A stretch of DNA of 54,160 bases from a virus (taxonomy: Duplodnaviria > Heunggongvirae > Uroviricota > Caudoviricetes): IMG/VR virus record IMGVR_UViG_3300029305_003293, positions 1 to 54,160 of that record; one strand, given 5' to 3'. The notes below the pieces were generated by a model, which searched no databases, was not told where the DNA came from, and worked only from the letters and a program-made list of their open reading frames with translations. Positions 13,809 to 27,416 of the stretch are shown piece by piece. Position 1 is the stretch's first letter, and every line of letters starts with the position of its first letter. A program made the position numbers and the translations under genes.

Positions 13809-16033
13809 TGATAAATAATGTTTTATTAAATAAAGATTTTTTAAAATCTTTAGATGAGTGGACTGAAAAAGAAGTCTATGTTAAGCTTATTTCATTAAGT
13901 TTTGATGAACATCCTCGCTCTGAAATTACTGGCTATGCGACCGGAGGCTCTGTCAAAGTAGATGGAGCTTCCGCGGTTCGCAGAATATGTAGCGTTAATA
14001 TGGTTGCGGAGAATGCAAGAATTAATGAATTAGATTGGGCTTTTGAATCTAAATTTAAACTTGAAGTTGGAATAAGAAATTTTATTAATAAAAATTATGA
14101 TGACATCATATGGTTCCCGCAAGGAACATACATTATAACTTCTTTTTCTTCTACTAAAAACGCTTAGGGATATTCTATCGCTATTCAGGGCAAAGATAAA
14201 ATGTGTTTATTGGATGGATCTATTGGCGGAAATATATTTGCGGCACATGATTTTGGAAAATTAGAATTAGTCCATGATGATGGATCAAGAGAATTAGAAG
14301 ATATTTTAATTTATGATATTATAAAAAATGCTATACACGAATATGCTTTTGAACCGTATGAAAATATTATAATTAATGATTTAGAAGATTGTTCTGTAGA
14401 ATTGTTGTCATATAGGGCAAAGAATAAAGATTTAATTATATATGACTCCTGGTCAGAAGAAGAAGATAGTGGAAGATATAGTAGCAATATTGCTTTTGAC
14501 GGCAATGAAATATTTACTTTATTAGCTGATAAAGTTGCAGGAACAGAAGTGAAAAAAGATAGTAGAATTTATAGATTAGTTAAAAAAGTAACTTATGGTG
14601 AAACAATAGGTTATCGTTTAACTGATTTAACATATGCGGGAGATTTAATTCTTGGAGCTGGTTCTACTATAACGCAAATGTTAGATGCAATTGTAAAACT
14701 ATTAGGTGAGTTTGAATATTTTTATGACTTGGAAGGTCGTTTTGTTTTTTAGCGCAAAAAGATTTATTATAATGTTTCTTGGACAAATGCAGTAACAACT
14801 GAAAGAGAAACCAGATATGATTCTATTGAAAATGGATCTGAGAATGCGTATGAATTTGCAAAAGGTATTTTAATTGAATCATATAATAATAAGCCAAATT
14901 TTAATAATATAAAAAATGATTATACTATTTGGGGCAAGCGCAAAGGTGTCAGCGGACAAGAATTATCTATTCATTTAAGATGTGCTATTGATGATAAACC
15001 AGTGTATTATTATCCAATTTTAAATGGTGATAACGGAACTCAGTTATGGTGTACTTCTGAATATATTGAAGATGATGATGGAAATAAAATTTATGCTGAT
15101 GTAATTTGTGACTGGCGAGAATTAATTTATCAAATGGCTTATGATTATTCACAAAGTGATACTTAGATTGCAAAATATACAAAATTAATTGGAGCAATTG
15201 AATCTAATGAAATTACTGTCACTGAAGATGGAAAAGAAATTACTTATACCTTAGAAGAATTACAGGATAATTTACAAAAATGGGAGAATACCTGGAATAC
15301 AAAATATGTTTCATATTATACTGACATGCTGGAATTTTGGAGACAAATTTATAATAGGGATGAAAATACTTGGGCATTTAATTGGTGGTGGAATCCAGAT
15401 TTTGTAGCTTGCACAAGAAAATATCGTTATTATGAAAGTCCAACTGGAAAATATTATTATGATGAAACTCTTAACGAATGGAGACAAAGTTCTGTAAATG
15501 GAACTCATGGAAGAATTTTAGATCATGAAGAAATAAAAATTATTAATCATGAAACTCATAATTTTTGGATCGATTTTTTAGATGATTCTTATTTAGAGAA
15601 ATATAAACCTGCTAATGTTGGAAGACGGACCAAAGTAGTTAATGATACAGATGTTAAAGCTATATTCTTTGAAGAAACTCCAAATGTTCTTTTTATTAAT
15701 CCTAATGATACGAATATTGAAACAGATACTTCACTAAGTTATGTAAGAATGAATCTTACTAATGGTATGCAGAATTACATAAGTATTAGCACTCAAGGGA
15801 AAAGTGCAAAAGAAGTGCTGGATAATTTAGTTTATCAACACACTTATTACAGTGAAACGATTACTTTAAATTGTGTTCCAATTTATTATTTAAATCCAAA
15901 TGTTCGTATTTCAGTATATGATTATGAAGCTGGCATTAATGGAGAATATATTATAAAATCTTTTACCATTCCATTAGCTTTTAATGGTTCTATGCAAATT
16001 ACTGCAACGAAAGCAGAAGATTTGATCTTATAA
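13808..16033 (+). CDS. Putative baseplate hub-like protein (741 aa, TAG=Gln)
   Basis: Fragments at 13808, 14201 and 15326 are in frame. Motifs such as LGEFEYFYDLEGRFVFQ and the C-terminal GEYIIKSFTIPL resemble phage hub proteins. Confidence 0.65.
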
Positions 16034-16047
16034 GGAGGAGAAGGAGA

Positions 16048-16392
16048 ATGGCGAAATATGTTAATCAAGTTCGTTATTATGGAGATAGCGCGGCAAAAAC
16101 CAAAAATTCACCAGAGAATGTAACATATAGAACTCTACAATCTGGTGCGGTATTTGAAAGCACTATGCCTATTGTTCAATTAGGTATTTAGACTTTACCT
16201 GGAATGAAATTCTATATTAATGAACACCCAAATCCTGTTGTTGTTGGTTAGACAGGTATTTATGAATTGAATGTTGATGGAATTTCTTACATTACAAGAC
16301 TTCGTTTTGATGGCCAAACATTGAGCACAATTAATAATAATTCAAATACAGCATATTTAATTATAGATTATATTTATGAGAAGGAGGATTAA
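16048..16392 (+). CDS. Small structural protein (114 aa), paralogue of 21665..21943 (missing from ORF track)
   Basis: ATG after GGAG with 3 in-frame TAG. LGI*TLPG...VG*TGIYEL aligns with LGIQAPVG...IGATGIYEL of the paralogue. Confidence 0.8.
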
Positions 16393-16395
16393 TAA

Positions 16396-19300
16396 ATGGG
16401 TTTTTACGGAAATGTAACAAACACAGATAAAACAACCTTCTCTTTTGACTTAACTTACACTACTCGTATTGACATGGATAAAAATGCCGATACTGATGGC
16501 GTATTTTTAGGTCGTTATGTTTTAATTGATTATGATGGAGAAGTAATTAAAGCTTATTACAATCCGGAAACAGATCGTTTTTATAATACTGTAAATTTTG
16601 CAGTTTCAAGTATGATTGTTCCACATGAAGGTATTATTGTTCAAAATCTTCATGATGCAATGAGTCCGCAAAGTTTTTATCAATGGTCTGAAGTCCAAAA
16701 AGCTTATCGTAAATTAGATTCTAATACTCCATATCAAGCTCGTTTTGCGCAAGATGTGAGAGAATATGGTCGAGCTTATGACTCTACAGTATGGGTAAAA
16801 CGATATGATACTGCTTCTAATGGTTATAAATATGCAATGATTGCGGAGCTTAATGCAGTAGTTCCAACTTTGCATATGGTGGTTAATTAGCCGAATGCGA
16901 TTCCAGTTACTCCATATTTTGATAGAGATACAACTAATATTGATTACTATTTACATATGTAGAGTGATTTTGGCACCAGAGTTAAAAAAGCTGATTAGAA
17001 TATTAAATCTGATGAAGAAGCGACTCGTATAATGGCTCATTGGACTCAAGATGCAAGTGGTTATCAAACATATCATGAATATACTGAAACAGTTCCTGCC
17101 GATATTTATTATAATAATGCAGGTTTCGATCATGTAAAACGAACTTTTATGCAAGACAAAGTTACTTATCAATTAATTGATGATAATGGAGAAGCTATTA
17201 ATGGTGCTCCGCTAAAAGAAATTGATTATTCTAAAAATGCTATCGGATATGATATGGGTCAGAGTGGTCGAAAATATGGCGTAGATGCTGACTTTGGAGT
17301 ATATACAAATGGCATTCAAGCTGATGATATATATGATTGGTATTTTAGACTTCCTGGAATCGGCAATGCAATTTGTAAAATGTGGGATAAGGTTTATGAT
17401 GATAGAGGTAATGGCCAAATTCGGGCATTAAATAAATCACAAATGAAAAATGACACCAATGCTCATTTAGTTTCTTACGATAAAGAAACATTAATTGGTA
17501 TGATGAATACAACTCAAGAGCTATTGGGTTATTAGTTTGTTCCTACTGATGACACTTATAAAAAGGGATATGAAGTTTCTGATGCTGATGACGTAATTAA
17601 TTTAAAATTAAGTTATAATACTTTTAATCCAGATCCTGAAAAACCACAAATTTTAGAATAGAATATAAGTTATAAAATACTTAATTGTTTATTTTATGAT
17701 AAGCCAACCAATCCAAATTCTGCAATTAGCCAATATTATCATTTCGCTTTTACACCAGAATATATTGAAGTTGCAGAAGAAGATTTTGACTGGTCTGGCA
17801 ATACTATTTATTATCATGAAGTTGATGGAATATGGAAGGTTGCTAATCCTTTATTATTTAAGGCCAAAGACCGCAATGGAGATCCTCTTTTGGATGCGAA
17901 CGGAAATACTATTGCGGAGATCGGTGATTATAGAACTTAGAAACCTAAATGGACTTTGGTTGAATTGGATCATACCGCGGAAGATGATGTATATTCTTTA
18001 ATTAAATTAATACATGATATTATTGGCACTGACGCTGATGATGTTCGTTCTTTAAATACTATGCGAGGAACAATTAATCATATTAAAGATATTATTTCTA
18101 ACATTGATACTGATTTAGCTCCATAGCGTTTCTTAAGAACAAATGATTTTGGCACTATTGAAACTTCTGATACTTATTTTCCTTCCGCAGAATGGGATAA
18201 AGATGAATTACTTGCTGGAGATGGAACTTGGGTAAGTAGATATGCTTCTGTAAAGGTTCGTGAAAACTCAAACAATGCGAATAGAAAAAACCCAAAGGTT
18301 GTTTCGTTTGAGGAAACGGAAGTCTCGCCCGGCGTCGTGCAGATGAATTTACAAAATTCTTTGGCGACCTTAAGATCTGATAACCAGAGAATGTCTTGTG
18401 TAAACGCAAGAGCAGAAGCTGAATATCAAAAAGCTATAGATGAATTGATTTATCAGAATGCTGTTCGAGATCATGAACAAGAACTTATTTCTCAATATGA
18501 ATTAGAACAAGCAGAAGATAAATATAATAAAGCTCTTATGAGATATGAGTCAATTATTGCAAAGATTGAAGGACATAAAGATACGGATATGATTTATTTA
18601 CCAGATCATGATCCTAATACTTTGATTCTTGCAACAAGAGACAAGTGGATTAAATTACATCCTGACACTATTGATGATAGCATTGAATTTGAACATACTA
18701 AATCTCCTATTGTTAATCGTTTAACTTATCAAAATCAAGATGATGCCGATAATACTATAGCAATAGAAAGTCCTCAAAATGAAAATAATAGTTATGTAAA
18801 CACTGCCAATTTTAAAGCTAATGCGGATGGAACTGAAATTACACTTGTTCCAGATCATGATGATGCTCTTGTATATGATTTAAGTACACCTGACGCAAAT
18901 GATAACCGTTTAACAATTCCATATATTACAGTTGATAATGCAGGACATGTTGTCGCAGCGAGTACTTTAAATTATAATATTCCTCACAACTTCAAAAAAG
19001 TTTCTACTACTACTATTGATGATAGTAATGAATCTGCTTCATTAGATCAAGCAGGTATTTCTATTGCAGAAAATATCAATGACACCTTAAATCTTGCTCC
19101 CCGCAATCGTTGGATTGATATTGCTACTGAAACTACCAATAATGATGAAGGTGAGGAAGAAGATACAATTACTTGGAGCCATAGACTTGCTCCAATTGAG
19201 CATTTTAAAACTGATATAGTATTAAACGGTGAACGTAGAACTAGTGAGAATGAAATTCCTACTGTGTATCGTTATGGTTTACCAGCAAATAAAGATATTT

Positions 19301-21615
19301 CAACTCTTGACAATACCAATGGAAATGAAGCTACTAATACTTTTAATATTCCATATATTGAAATTGATAAAGCTGGACATATTGTTGCGGCAGAAACTCA
19401 TACTGTTGAACTTCCTGAGAATTTTACAACAGTAATATTATAGCCACAAAATGAAAGTACTCTTCAAGAAGCAGATATTGTTTCTGCAGAAGTTAAATTA
19501 GAAGCAGATACTTTAACAGATAATCTTACTTTAAAGACTACAAATAGATGGATCGGTCTTGGTTTAACTGATATTGAAAATGATGATGTTATCACTTTTG
19601 GCCATAGACTATCTGATATTAAAGATGTAACACCTCTTGAATTAAATGGCGAGCGTCGTGCAGATGAAAAATATTCTAAAGTATATCGATATGGTTTACC
19701 GCAAAATAAGACTGTTGCTAATTTAGATTCTCAATATGGAATAGAAGCAGCAAATACTTTTAATGTTCCATATGTAGAAATTGATGAAGCAGGACATATT
19801 GTTTATGCTGAAACTAATACTATTACTTTACCTGAGAATTTCACTACTTTAACTTTAAATCCTTAGAATGAAAGTAGCAGTGATGAAGCTCACACTATTA
19901 GCGAATAGAAAGTTCTTGAAGCAGATACACTTACTGATAATCTTACATTTACTACTGTTAATAGATGGATTGGCCTTGGATTAAATTCTGATAATGATGA
20001 GGTAACTTTTGGACATAGACTTTCTGATATTAAAGATGTTACTCCATTAAAACTTAATGGCGAACGTAGAGCTAATGAAAAATATGAAAAAGTATATCGT
20101 TATGGTTTGCCGCAAGATAAAGATATTAAAGATCTTGATGCAGAAAATGGCGTTGAACCTGCGAATACATTTAATGTTCCTTATGTAGAAATTGATGAAG
20201 CGGGACATATCGTTTATGCAGAGACTCATACAGTAAAACTTCCAGAAGGATATACAACTATTAATATTGGTAAACCTGAGAGTGATGATTTAACTAGTGA
20301 TGAACTGGCTGGAGAAGCAACAGTAAAGGCGGATACTTTAACTGAGTCATTAACAATTAATCCATCGAATAAGTGGATTCGTCTTAATGCAGAAAATACA
20401 GCTGGTTCTGATACAATTACAATCGGACACGAAATTCATAAGATTACTCCTACTACCAGTGAAGAAGATTTAGATATAGAAGATAATCAAAAATCTACTT
20501 TTACGACATAGATTATTAGTTGGGATGAAGCAGGTCATATTATTGGCGAAGATACTAAAACTTGGACTTTACCAGACTCTTTCCATAATATTGAAGTAGT
20601 TGGCGAAAGTAAGTCTGTCAATAATGGTAATTTAAAAGATGGTACTATTATAGCAGATGATACTTTTGATACTATTACTTTGGAACCTTCTAATCAATGG
20701 ATCCGTTTACACGCTGATGAAGATACAGACGTAATTAGTATAGGACATTTAACTCAAGGTACGGCTGGAGAATATACTGGAACAGATTTAGATTTTGCTG
20801 AATTTGGTGGAACAATAACTATTTATGGATATGAAACCGACAATGCAGGTCATATTATTAGTAATCCAACATATAATTTAATCTTACCAAAAGGCAGTTA
20901 TACAGAAGATGAAAATAATAATGCTAATGTATTAACATCTTTAAGTTTTACTGATACTACTGGTGCATTAGAAGGTCATAAAACTAATATTGGTGATTTA
21001 CTTTTAACTGGTTATACAACAGAGAATATTGCTTCTGCTGCGATCACAGCGACAGATTCATTGAATAAAGCAGTAGCTAAAATTGAAGCTTAGATCTTAA
21101 AAGAACAAACTGATAGAATTGCTGATATTGATGCTGAGGCAGAAGCAAGAGCAGATGCTGATACAATTTTACAAGAAAATATTAATAAAGAAATTGAAGA
21201 TCGTGAGACTGCAATTTCTGAAGAAGCTTCTGCAAGAGCTAAGGCTGATGAAGACGAAGTCACTGCGAGGGACGAGGCAATTGCCGATGCTGTATAGGCA
21301 CTTTGGCAAGACTTACTTCAAAACTATAATTTAGTATTAACACCACCAACTATTAATTCTATTTCTAAAACTGCTATTGATAGTAATTATTCAGTTTAGT
21401 TAGTTGCGAACATTACCACAATTGAAGGTGACACTTATTCTTATAGCTGGAATACTGGAGAAATTGGTAATACTATAGAAGTAACAGCGGCTGGTACTTA
21501 TACTTGTACAGTTACTCGCACTCATAATGGTTACACTTCAACTTCTTCAAAAGATATTGAAGTTTTAGAGAGTGAAATACCAGCTCCTGAGATTCCAGAA
21601 GAACCTATTGTGTAA
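16396..21615 (+). CDS. Large repetitive tail fibre-like protein (1739 aa, TAG=Gln)
   Basis: Fragments at 16396, 17032, 18337, 20107 and 20680 are in frame to TAA 21613-21615. Six internal repeats carry N/K-x-WI-x-L and D-x-AGH motifs, followed by an Ig-like C-terminus. Confidence 0.75.
18600..20900 (+). repeat. Six degenerate ~110-155 aa intragenic repeats
   Basis: The conserved Trp codons lie at 18646, 19111, 19549, 19966, 20374 and 20698. Units 3 and 4 are also similar at DNA level (e.g. 19600-19710 vs 20009-20120). Confidence 0.85.
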
Positions 21616-21620
21616 TTATT

Positions 21621-21650
21621 AAGGAGGGCTTAAGCCCTCCTTTCTTTTTA
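21621..21650 (+). terminator. Rho-independent terminator
   Basis: Palindrome AAGGAGGGC-TTAA-GCCCTCCTT followed by TCTTTTT. Confidence 0.8.
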
Positions 21651-21664
21651 TGGAGGAATGAAAT

Positions 21665-21943
21665 ATGAAAAATGGATATTATACTGGTCATGTTGGACAG
21701 TTAGATCAAATTTTCCAGCCAGAAGAAGATTTAATTGCTATTATCCGCACCAAGCACAATCTTCGTGATTTTAAAGGTTTGGTAAAACTTGGTATTCAAG
21801 CACCTGTTGGCACTCGTTTTGTACTTAATGGTCAAGCTATTAGAATTGGTGCTACTGGCATCTATGAATTAGATTATACTGTAAATGTAAAACAATTACA
21901 TTTTGAAGCAGAAACTGAGGCTCTCGTGGACTACATTTATTAA
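21665..21943 (+). CDS. Small structural protein (92 aa), paralogue of 16048..16392
   Basis: GGAGG RBS and intact ORF; shares the LGIQ...G-x-TGIYEL motif. Confidence 0.8.
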   Translation: MKNGYYTGHVGQLDQIFQPEEDLIAIIRTKHNLRDFKGLVKLGIQAPVGTRFVLNGQAIRIGATGIYELDYTVNVKQLHFEAETEALVDYIY

Positions 21944-21996
21944 TAGTCTAAATCTATTTTTAAAGTTATTTAGAAGAACGAAAGGAGAGAGCTACT

Positions 21997-22341
21997 ATGG
22001 CAAGTTTCTATGGTGGAGGCGGCGCAGCGGCTGGCTCCGGTAGCGGAACTTCTGGTGTTGGTATTGCTAATATTGAAATTAACACCAATCATCATTTAAT
22101 TGTGTTCTTAACAGATGGGACACGAAAGGATTTGGGTCGAGTTCGTGGAGCGACTTTTACACCAGCAATTATTGATGGTATTTTAAGTTGGGCGAATGAT
22201 GCCGGTCTTGAAAATCCAGAAGCATTCGACTTTAATTCTCTAATCGAGGATGAAGGAGAAATGTGGTTCCCTGTTGATAGTAATTCTGAAGAAGAGACTC
22301 CTTCAGACAATGAAAATTACAATGCTTGGGAACGTATATAA
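21997..22341 (+). CDS. Hypothetical tail-associated protein (114 aa)
   Basis: AAGGAG RBS; intact ORF; NHHLIVFLTDGTRKDLGRV resembles motifs in collagen-like phage tail proteins. Confidence 0.7.
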   Translation: MASFYGGGGAAAGSGSGTSGVGIANIEINTNHHLIVFLTDGTRKDLGRVRGATFTPAIIDGILSWANDAGLENPEAFDFNSLIEDEGEMWFPVDSNSEEETPSDNENYNAWERI

Positions 22342-22368
22342 AAAAATATTTTAAGGGGGTAAAATATA

Positions 22369-23619
22369 ATGGCTAAACTTCCCGTAGTATTTAAATACGG
22401 CACAAGAGCGGAATATGATGCTCTTGAAACTAAGTCTAGTGAAGCATTATATTTCTTAACTGACACTGGTGAGATTTATCGCGGCGATGTTAATCTTGCT
22501 CGCGGTAATCACTATGAAGGAATTCGTGGAATGAAAGAAGTTGAAGGAGCTCAAGTTCCTGAAACTGATAATGAAGTCATTGCACGTGTTCTTGGTTCTA
22601 ATCACGCTATCAAAGATGACATTTTTGTTATTAAGACTTTGATTGGCGGAGATGCTTATTCTTATATTTCTTTAATTTACGATGGCGAACATTGGAAAGC
22701 AATGGATGGAAATTATAATGCTGAGAATGTTTACTTCAGTGAAGATTTTACTGTAACTAATAATATTGGTGCTTTCTTACTCCCAGAAGGACAATCTAAC
22801 ACTAAGTTGGAAGCAACTGGTAAAAATTTGAAGCAACTTTTAAGTGCCTTATTAGCTGCTACAGTTTTACCAGAAGTTACCAATCCTGCTGTTACTGTAA
22901 AATTTACTAATGCTACTAAAGCATTGGAGGTAGGATCTAAAGTAACTCCAAGCTATGAAGCTTCTTTGAGCGCAGGTTCTTATACCTATGGACCTGATAC
23001 TGGCATTGTTGCAACCGCTTGGTCTGTAACAGATACTTTGGGTAATACTAAAGATACCGCGACCGGTTTTTTCCCAGAAATTACCATTGAAGCAAATACT
23101 TCTTATGGCGTAACCGCCACTGCCACTTACGATGATGGTGCAGTTCCTGTTGACAATTTAGGAGAGCCTGCTCCATCCAAGCAGATTCTTGCTGGCTCTG
23201 ACGATGGAAGTGCTTCTACTAAAATTACTGGTTATCGTAATAGTTTCTATGGAATTTATACTGCAAAAGAAGTTGACGGTGTTCAGACTGGTTCTACTTC
23301 TGATTCTATTCGCACTCTTAATAAGAGCGGTAAAACTTTAACTAATGGTGCGACTTTTAATATTAGTATTCCTACTAATGCTCAACGCGTTGTAATTGCT
23401 TATCCTGCTACTTTAAAGGATCTTGAATATGTTAAAGATGCCAACGATTCTGATGCTAATATTGTTAGCGCTTTCACCAATGAAGATGGAACCGCAAAAG
23501 CAACTATTAAAGTATCTGGTGCAAATGGACATGATCCTATTGATTATAAAGTATTTAGCACTGATTTCGCAGGAGATTATGGTGCAACTAATACTTTCAA
23601 AGTAAAAATTAAGGCGTAA
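22369..23619 (+). CDS. Putative tail fibre/structural protein (416 aa)
   Basis: Intact ORF with no TAG. The N-terminal EALYFLTDTGEIY motif is shared with other fibre genes here; Thr/Ala-rich beta region. Confidence 0.7.
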   Translation: MAKLPVVFKYGTRAEYDALETKSSEALYFLTDTGEIYRGDVNLARGNHYEGIRGMKEVEGAQVPETDNEVIARVLGSNHAIKDDIFVIKTLIGGDAYSYISLIYDGEHWKAMDGNYNAENVYFSEDFTVTNNIGAFLLPEGQSNTKLEATGKNLKQLLSALLAATVLPEVTNPAVTVKFTNATKALEVGSKVTPSYEASLSAGSYTYGPDTGIVATAWSVTDTLGNTKDTATGFFPEITIEANTSYGVTATATYDDGAVPVDNLGEPAPSKQILAGSDDGSASTKITGYRNSFYGIYTAKEVDGVQTGSTSDSIRTLNKSGKTLTNGATFNISIPTNAQRVVIAYPATLKDLEYVKDANDSDANIVSAFTNEDGTAKATIKVSGANGHDPIDYKVFSTDFAGDYGATNTFKVKIKA

Positions 23620-23633
23620 GGAGGAGAATAGTT

Positions 23634-25436
23634 ATGGCTTTAAATTTCGGTAAAGGTAATAGAAGCATAGCGTTCGCCCCAACAGCGGCATTTCCGCTTA
23701 ACGCGAATAGCTATTTTGAAAGTTATGATCTCGCTCTTGCTGCTGCGTTAACCGCAAAGCCAGCTGGCGATACTACTACTAAATATTATTTCGGTCAAGA
23801 AATCGCAGTTGCCGAAATGATTGATAATGTACCTTAGAGTGCAAAATTATATATTATTGCTCCAGAAGTTCAAGAAGATGGTTCTGTTGTAGGAACTCTT
23901 CAAGAAGTTGGATCTGCGACTAACGGAGATGGAGCTTCTATTGAGCTTGTTGATGGAGTTCTTTCTGTAAAAAATTTCGGCAAGCGTTATTATAAATATA
24001 TTGCTGCTGTTGAAGGCGGCGAAGCAGCTCATTATGAATTAACTGATGGATGGGTTGCTGGTCTTGAGCCAAGAGTTGTTGAAGAGGATGGAAAAATGGT
24101 CCTCGGTTGGTATGAACCAAATCCAACAACTGCCGAAGGCGTAAAAGATCAAGTCGTTGAAGTTCAAGGTGAAGTTGAGCAAGCTAAAAAAGATATTGAT
24201 GCCGCTGAACAAGCAATTGAGACCTTAGAAGGTAGCGTTGCAGAAGCAGAAGAAGCCATTGATAATATCAACGACGCTCTTTATGGAACTGGTGAAGGTG
24301 AAGAAGCTGTTGCAGGTCTTGTTGAAAGAGTTGAAACTCTTGAAGACGAGATGGATGCGGTTCAACCTGATGTTGAAACTTTAAAGACTGATGTCGCTGG
24401 ATTAAAGACCGCAGTCGGTAATGTATATACAAAAGAAGAAACTTACACCAAGGAAGATGTTAATGACTTAGTAAGTAATGCCATTAGCGGCGTTTTCCAT
24501 TTCCGCGGTTCTGTTGAATCTTTTGACAAGTTACCTACTGAAAAGGCCGAAGGCGATGTATATCAGGTTGTTGATAAAGAGTATGCTTGGAATGGTACGG
24601 AATGGGTTGAACTTGGTTTCCTTGTTGACCTTAGCTCTTATGCCACAAGAACTTATGTTGATGATGCTGTAAAAGCTGTTGCTGATGATCTTGATCTTGC
24701 AGAAGAAGCTATCGAAGCTTTACAGGGCGTCGATGAAACTATTAATGGTCGCCTTGATGGCCACGATGAAGCCATTGAAGATTTGCAAGGTGCTGATACT
24801 GCAATTGGCGAGCGCATTGATGGTATTGAAGAAGATATCACTGCTCTTATTGAAGAAGATGAGAGACTTGCGGGTTTAATTGAAGGTCATGATGATCGCA
24901 TTGAAGCTCTTGAAACTGCAAAGACTGGTTTCGACACTCATTTTGAAACTGTTGATGGTCAAATTAAAGCACTTCAAAATGCGGATACTGATTTCGTACA
25001 ACAATTTGCAGCTGTAAATGGTACAATTGAAGCGCTTGGATTGGCCGATGAAGGTTTTACAACTAAAATCGGTACATTGGAAAACTATGTTGGAACTCCA
25101 ACTGGCAATCTTGGTGCTCTTTATCCTGCTGTTGAATCTTTAAATCAGCGTTTAAATGATATCGTTGCTGAGGGTGGAGAACCTAACCAGTTAAATGGTA
25201 TTTCTATTAATGGAACTCTTGTTCCTGTTAATGATAGTTTAATTGCTGAATTGCCAGTGTTTGCTGGAGCGACTGCTGGACTTGTTCCTGTTGCTGCGAA
25301 TGAATTAACTGATTATCATTTCTTGTCTGCTACTGGAAATTGGACTAATCCTTTCGGTGATTTAGGAAACCTCACTGTTAAAGAATATGTTGATAAAGCA
25401 GCTGAAGAAATTGTTGTTGAATGGTCTGCTATTTAA
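23634..25436 (+). CDS. Coiled-coil fibre protein (600 aa, one TAG)
   Basis: ORFs 23634-23837 and 24096-25436 are in frame. GGAGGAG RBS; acidic heptad stalk and an FHFRGSV...W...G motif. Confidence 0.75.
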
Positions 25437-25458
25437 TTATGGAAAAGAGGAATAAATT

Positions 25459-27321
25459 ATGGCTATTGATACCACTAATTTAGTAAAATTTAAGAAAGGT
25501 CTGTTGGCTAACTACCAAGGACTTGCTACAAAAGATAGCAATACTCTTTATATTACTACTGACGAGCGCGCGATTTATTTAGGCGATAAACGTCTCGGTG
25601 ATTATATTAGAGTTGCTAATGTTGAAGCTTTAAAAAATGTTGAGAAGAAGAGTCTTGACGCTCTTTACTATGCAGAAGCTGAAAATGTATTAGCTCGTTA
25701 TAATGGAACTACTTGGGTCCAGATTAATGCCGCTGGTTTAACTCGCGTTATTGTTTCTGGTACTGGTAATGCTGTTGCTAAGGTTGAAGTTGATTCAGAT
25801 AATGCCAATGCTTTGAAAGTTACTTATGCTGATTATGCTACTCTTGAACAGCACAACACTCTTAAAGATGATGTAGATGAATTAACTGAATCTTTTAACG
25901 CTTTGGCTGGAACTGGTGAAGGTTCTGTTCAAGATCGTATTGATGCAATCCAAGGCAATACCGATAAGACTATTGCTGATGTTGCGGCTGAAGTAGCGGA
26001 TAATGATAGTGATATTACTGCTCTTCAAAATCGCGTAACTGCAACCGAGGGCGTAGCAAATAAAGCTACTTCTGATCTTGCCACTTTAACTGAGACTGTT
26101 GCTGCTAATCATACTGCTGCTTTGAAAGCTGCTAAGGATGTTCAGGGCAATACTACTAAAACCGTTGCTGGTTTAGCTCAAGAAATTGCTGATAATGATA
26201 CCGATATTCTCGGTCTCCAAAATCGTATGTCTGCTGTAGAAGGCGTTGCTTCCGGTGCTGCTAGCGCAGTTGAAGAAGAAGCTGAGGCACGCATTGCCGC
26301 AGTTGCCGCTCTCCAAAAAGAATTGGATGACACTCAGGGCGAAGTAAGTGCTGATTATAATTCTCTTGCTAAGCTTGAAGCTAAAATTAAGGCTAATGCA
26401 ACTGCTATTGGATCCAATGATCAAGATATTGCGGCTTTACAACAGGCTGATACAAATATTCTTGCTGCCATTAGTGAGAACAGTGAAGCTATCGGTTTAT
26501 TGAATGGCGCGGCTACTACCGAAGGTTCTGTAAAGCATACCATCGCTACTGAAATTGCTAAATATGTTAATGCAGATGGCGATGAAGATCATTTTGATAC
26601 CCTTCGTGACATTGGCACTTGGTTAAGTGAGCATAGCACAGATGCTATTGACATGGACAATCGTATCGGTGCTAATGAGGAAGCAATTGAAACTCTCCAA
26701 GGCGATCTTAGTGAATTGTCTGAATCTGTAGCTGGCAATAAGACTGAAGCTACTAATGCTGTAAATGGTTTACGCAATGAGCTTCTTGCTGGAACTACTG
26801 ATTACAAGACTCTTGGTGCTCTTGAAACTGCTGTAAAGGCAGCTAAGACTCAAGCTAATACTGCTGAGGGAAAAGCAGATACTAATGCATAGGCAATTGA
26901 AACCGCCAATGGTGAAATTACTAAAAATGCTGAAGCAATTGCTGCTTTGGATACTAAGACTGCCAACAATCTTGCAACTGCCAAGACTGAGATTAAAGGC
27001 GTAACTGATGCTCTTGATGGCCGTTTAGATACTGCCGAGAGTGATATTGATTCTCTCGAAGGCCGTATGACCGCAGCCGAAGGTAATATTAGTACCAATG
27101 CTGGAGCTATTTCTGAAAATGCTGAAGGTATTGCTGCTAATACAGCTGCTATTGCACAAGAAGTTACAGATCGTGGCAATGCGATTACTGCTCTTGAAAC
27201 TGCCTATAAAGCAGCTGATAAGACTCTTACCGACTCCATTAATGGTGTAGATGGTAAGGCTGATCAGAATGCTTCTGATATTGAAGCTATCGTTGCACAG
27301 CTTACCTGGGGAAGTTTTTAA
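25459..27321 (+). CDS. Coiled-coil fibre protein (620 aa, one TAG)
   Basis: ORFs 25459-26892 and 26947-27321 are in frame. N-terminal NTLYITTDERAIYLGD motif, an A/T/D/E-rich stalk and a C-terminal LTWGSF. Confidence 0.75.
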
Positions 27322-27339
27322 TTAATTAATACATTCATA

Positions 27340-27379
27340 AATGGGATTAGATTATGACAAATAATCTAATCCCATTTTT
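27340..27379 (+). terminator. Rho-independent terminator followed by TACTATAT
   Basis: 16-bp stem AATGGGATTAGATTAT/ATAATCTAATCCCATT with loop GACAA and a T-tract. Confidence 0.8.
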
Positions 27380-27416
27380 ACTATATTATAAAAAAAAATG
27401 AGAAGGAGGAGTAAAA

